Shown piece after piece: positions 59,001-64,000 of a stretch of 64,000 nt of DNA. Source of the stretch: Cycas panzhihuaensis (lineage: Eukaryota; Plantae; Cycadophyta); contig CM041465.1 of the NCBI GenBank assembly GCA_023213395.1, forward strand, positions 1,364,001 to 1,428,000. The letters are read 5' to 3'. How positions within the stretch are numbered: the first letter of the stretch is position 1; every line of letters starts with the position of its first letter. Made by a program: the position numbers and the translations under genes. Under the pieces are notes generated by a model. The model ran no database searches. It was not told where the DNA came from and was given only the letters and a program-made list of their open reading frames with translations.

Positions 59001-61229
59001 CGACCAACAAACTTTGTTTGTTATATGAGCACAAAAATGATTTTAGACTTATAGCATACACATGCTCAAATTTTGCTGATGACAAAAATATAGGAAGATT
59101 AATGTTTAGGTACATCACATTTCTTAGACCACTCTAATTTCATGGTGGTCAAGGCAGTAGAAAATCACTACAGATTCTACGACTGAAGCCAAATATATAG
59201 CTTCTTCTGAGACTAGCAAGGAGATGATATGGCTTCGTAAATTATTACATACTTTAAATATCACCCAGGCAGGTCCAACAAGCTTACATGTGGATAATCA
59301 ATCAACAGTCTACATGGCCAAGAATCTCATTTTTCATGATCGTACAAAGCACATTAGTATAAAAGTCCACAAGGTTCAGGAACTCGTCCATGATAGTAGA
59401 ATATAATTGGAACACTGCCCCACAACAAATCAAGTGGCTGATATCTTCACCAAACTGATGCAGAGGGTGAAGTTTGAACAGTTCCGATAGTAGCTTGGCC
59501 TCAGGGTCTCTATCTTCAATTGATTGAAGGAGATGGCACACAAGACCAACATACTCTATCCCATTCGTGAAAATCCCTTATAGGCTGGAAGGATTGGAGT
59601 AAGTCTCTACTCTCTCCCATTTGTGAAAACCCCTCGTGGGCGCGAAAGGAGCTAGGTTGTACTTATTTCAAAAATTAGAACCTATGAAAACCTAAAAGGG
59701 CATGGGGGATGATGAAACGGTATATAGGAACTTAGTAGATTGAAGCTGCATAACCAACTTATACTACTTGGTTATCTAGCTACACTCAAAGAGCTGCCTG
59801 AGCCACTTGATAGAATAGGAAGTCAAGTCTGCGGGTTTTTATTTCCTTGAGGGTTTTCCCACAAAAGTTTCTTATAAGTTGTAGAAATTTTTTTTCTCAA
59901 TGTAATGATGAGGCTAAAATGAAGACCTCATAGATTATAATAGGATAAAGGAAAATGACCTTATGCTATTAAGGGGGGGATTGTGACGATGTTAATGTCA
60001 CATAGTCATTTCATAAATTTAGAATTAGATAGAGTCACTTTTATGTTTGTAACTTTAGGATAAGGCGACTATACTTAAGTCACTTAAGTGAAATGACATA
60101 AAGTTTATTTTATTGTAATTTATGTAATCTCATCTAAATGTCATTGGGAGGAAAAACTCAAATTCTAAACCCTAATGAGCATTCTCATTATATAAGCTAA
60201 AATTACATGGAGAGTGATCATATTCTATACTTCTCCTCTCTAAGCTCAAGCTATTAACATTTCTCTTATTGAGTACATTGTGCTTATCTCCACTATTTGC
60301 CATTGTGTAATGTTAGTGCACTAGATCCCTAAATCCATTCCCTCAACATAAATAACTATTGAAACCCCAGCCATAGATTTATCTCAAAACGACAACTCTT
60401 TGTATTCACTCAAGGAAGGGAAATCTAATTTGGGATGGGGTCATTGCCCATTTCACTTATAAACACTCTAACTAGCTACTCTGGGGTTCCCATGGTACTC
60501 CTCACAATGAGTTTTAGGGCTTATGCCCAAGCACTTCCCACAGTTAAACGGACGGGGATTTCCCCTTATCCGGATCTGTAATACAATGTTTTGGTCATAA
60601 AAGAATAAGAAAATTTTATTATAAAATTGGCCTTGTCAAGTGTTGAACTTTGTTAAAAATTTCCACCTGAACAATAAGGTAACCCACCACTTTCACTACT
60701 TTCTGATCATCAAGATCTGAGTGGGTGATGTGAGAGCACGGTAGGTAAGTGCAAAACGAAAAAAAAAAATTGCACTAAATTGGTCCTAGAAGGTGGCTCT
60801 GATACCACTTGTAATATATCTCCCATAATAGAGAACTCCAAAGAGAGAAATAAGAGAAATATTAAGCACCAAAGAAAGCCAAAAGAGATAATTTAATCAC
60901 CAAAGAGAACCGAAGTTCTTTTCTCTTAAGTAATATGATCCAAGAATGAATTACAATGAAGACTCAAGAGGGTATATATATAGTGCTTCAACTACTAAAG
61001 CTTACTTCTATTCTAAGCGCTTACTAAATAAGTGAGCACAACTACTTGCTAAATGCATGTGTAATACAAAAGCTCCACTATTTGAGTACTTACTAAATAA
61101 GTGAGTACAACTATTTAGGCACTTACTAAATAAGCAAGTACTTCATAATATTCACAAGATCACATAACCCTTTGACAGATTCCACATGCTAATACTTCCT
61201 TATGCTTATGGAGGTGCAGTTATGTTACA
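47095..61229 (-). mobile_element. Full-length decayed Ty3/gypsy chromovirus-type element C; leader interrupted by D
   Basis: 5' LTR 60810-61229 and 3' LTR 47095-47528. Perfect PBS gctctgatacca 60796-60807; PPT (poly-C on +) 47529-47542. Perfect TSD gctac at 47090-47094 and 61230-61234. gag ATG 51974; protease ORF 50413-50790; RT 49730-50065; integrase 48214-48660. Confidence 0.96.
52490..60348 (+). mobile_element. Full-length decayed Ty1/copia element D, nested in the leader of C
   Basis: LTRs 52490-52846 and 59982-60348. PBS tggtatcaaagcc 52849-52861; PPT aaggggggga 59971-59980. TSD gaaat/taaat. gag ATG 54958; protease WVMDTGA about 56125; integrase LRTDNGG about 56950; RT (KARLVTKGFTQREG, LKRSLYGLKQAP) and RNase H (VDNQS..HDRTKHI) to about 59520. 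Confidence 0.97.
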
Positions 61230-63639
61230 GCTACAATGTACAACTAAATAAGATTTCTTGCTTCTTTCTTAATTTTATATACCATAACCTAAACTTGGTC
61301 TTCCCATAATTGCCTTTATTCTTGGCTTAACATATTAATCTTGATTTTGTGTGGCGGCATTCATGAAAAGTATGTGATTTATATCACTCATCAAGTTAAT
61401 GTCAAAACCCATCCCAACACATTATATTCATGAATGATAACAAAACCAAAGTTTGGTCCTTTAGCATTTACCACATAACTAATGCCTCCATATACACATA
61501 CCACATAAGACATGTATCTAACCTAACGACAACATTGGATTGCTTTATTCATTGCCATTACTTAATACAATACATTGCATATTCTAACAAAAAACCCAAA
61601 GGAACCCTTATATAGTCTTTAAACTACCTATCTATATGCCATTATAATAACTACTTAGACATTGTAATGGCAACTACACTAATTACTTAGTCACCATAGT
61701 GGTGAGCACCCAACACTACAATTTATATTTTGTTATGTTATAGAATTTATGGTAGCCTTAACAATTATGTAATTAACAAAAATAAGGCCTACTAGTTAAT
61801 GGGTTAGGTCTTAACACTGTAGTATCTAAACAACTAATTTACCACCATTTCATGGTTGCAAGAAGTTAGTTATGACAAATTAAGATATTTGAACACCTAT
61901 AGTAATATTGATGTGCAATTTGTAGTTAGATCATATTATATAAACTCTTTATATATTTGGATGGAGTTTCCTATCCATACTCATGTTTACTGTATGGTTC
62001 ATAGCTTCTCCAATCAAGAATTCAAGGTTTCCATCATGATTAAATCCAAAAGAGGGTTATTTTAAAATGGAAGTTATCGAGAAAGCTTTCACAAAGGTTT
62101 TACCAGTCATGCCCTTAATGTTAATGATGGTAAATACACTCTTATTTGTTATTGTAATGGAGTTATTCAAGGTAAAAGAATTTATGGAATAAGAATATAT
62201 TATTAATCCATTCTAGATCCTTATGGACGAGGCCTTCTCCTTTATTTACATGTAGGCAATTTACTTCTAAATTATGCATGATGTGGTGATCTTAGCCATT
62301 TGACAATCACGTAAAAGAAAAGGGATATATATGTTGCTTGGCTAGAGGCATTGACTAAATAATTTAGCCTTAGTATCTCCTTATTAACATGGCCATTGTT
62401 TAGTTAATTAGTAATACTTAAGTTCATAAGATTTATGAACGATATGCTCATTATTCCTAGCCCATATTAATCAATATTATAGATTCATATTACAACATCA
62501 TCATTATCCAATTGAATCCTTTCACGCTTCACATGAGAGATAACCTTTTATATCTTTATATAAATCATGTCTTTTATGTTTTCGCTATATGTTAGTGACA
62601 TTGGTTATGCATATAGGAAGCAAACATGATTACTAGAGGTAAGAACTGAAATATGACCTCCACTTGACCCTTTTCAGTTGTACAAAGATTAGGTCTTAAT
62701 CATTTTATAATCATTCATTTCATTAAAATCAAGTAAGCACTATATAATAAAAAGGGTTAAGTTGAGGCATAAGACATGATCTTATTTTCTTCAAATATTT
62801 TAGTTTCATCATCTTCTTTTTTTCAAAAATAAGTTTGTTTATATTCATTATCTATTGATATAAAATTTCATACAAATAAAAGATGCCATTTATTAGAAAG
62901 TAGTTGATACATATCTTGGAAATTGATTGATGTTTATTTTCAAAGCAAAAATGAAAAAAAATTCATGGAGATAATATGTATAAGCATTGCTTGTTATATA
63001 TTTGTTGTATTTTTGGGGATTGATAAAGTAAAGTAAAAATAAAAAATGAGGTGCCTTGAAATCAACTTTAAAAGAAATAAAATTGAAAATGGACCATCTA
63101 TTTAGAGGCTAATAATAATATCTAATAAAGATTGCCACTAGTTAGTAAGCACTCTTTAAATGAATAGCTTGTCAAATGCTTAAAATATTAAGTAACACTA
63201 CAAGTGAATTTCAAGTGTATGAATAGAGTTTATTAGCTTTAGAAATAAAAACCTAAATGAATGGGATGAGAGGGAACCTCAACAATTCCCTCTTATGTAA
63301 CTACACTTCAAGCTTTCTTAAAGTTTCCAATTAATGGGTACAATCTTGTAATAAACAAATGAATGTTTAACACTTTAAAGGACTAAATATGATGAGATGT
63401 TTAATGCACATATTATAAGCATTAAATTACTCCATAATTGAACACATATCTTATGCACCATCTTTTTTTTTAATTCAACTTATAACTGCTTATAATGCAT
63501 CTCAACATCTAATCATTACAAATTATTTTAAATCATCTTATATAAGTACTCAAAAATACATAGTAACATGTGAGTGTATCCAATCTATAAACAAAACTCT
63601 ACTAGAACATTGACCCCATTCAAGTGTAAAATGCTTCGG

Positions 63640-64000
63640 GGGAAGGTTGGGGCAAATAGGTCCACTTGGACCTTAGAAGTTTTTGAACTCCTAGTGACTG
63701 AATTTCTACCGTAGAGACAAAGGGAGAAGGCAGTTTGGACCATTTGATGGGAGGCTGCACGATTATCCCGCGCGATGTAGATTGTCCTCATTTTTCGCTC
63801 TCATCATGCAGCTGCTTGCGAGAATATTCTCTTGCGACTCAGGATATCTAAATATAATTTGTCGACCCCTCTTCTGATAAAAACAATTTTCGCAAAATGA
63901 AATGAGAGACTTAAGGAGTTGTGAAGAGCGGTGAGGCTGCCGTTCGGCATGTGGGTTGTGAATGCTCACCTCTTCTGAACAACTGCATAAAATGTGTAAT
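63640..64000. other. CpG-retaining segment with no recognisable TE homology at the right edge (possible promoter or gene flank)
   Basis: About 14 CpGs in 63700-63950 versus very few in the preceding kilobases; no recognisable protein. Confidence 0.3.

Noticed and set aside
63585-63969. ORFs 63585-63791 and 63763-63969 as exons
   Set aside because: Short, no recognisable domain and no clear splice structure.

Overview
Very AT-rich, CpG-depleted land-plant nuclear DNA, probably heterochromatic or intergenic. No intact host gene was found. The window is a nest of decayed retroelements: an L1 LINE (1-3551), several Ty1/copia elements and remnants, four chromodomain-type Ty3/gypsy elements, a TRIM-like element and long microsatellites. 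Six LTR elements could be delimited by eye from paired LTRs, tRNA-Met PBS, PPT and 5-bp TSDs (G 21399-23028, E 25716-31942, B 33533-46467, A2 40032-46176 inside B, C 47095-61229, D 52490-60348 inside C). The most unusual object is element E, a pol-less copia derivative. Its long leader carries a compact antisense cassette of fragments resembling at least five unrelated host genes (SR45a-like, mitochondrial phosphate carrier, eIF1/SUI1, NPG1/NPGR TPR protein, COQ8/ABC1 kinase), some fused in frame. All protein identifications come from manual translation and recalled family motifs, not database searches, and identity figures are by-eye estimates.
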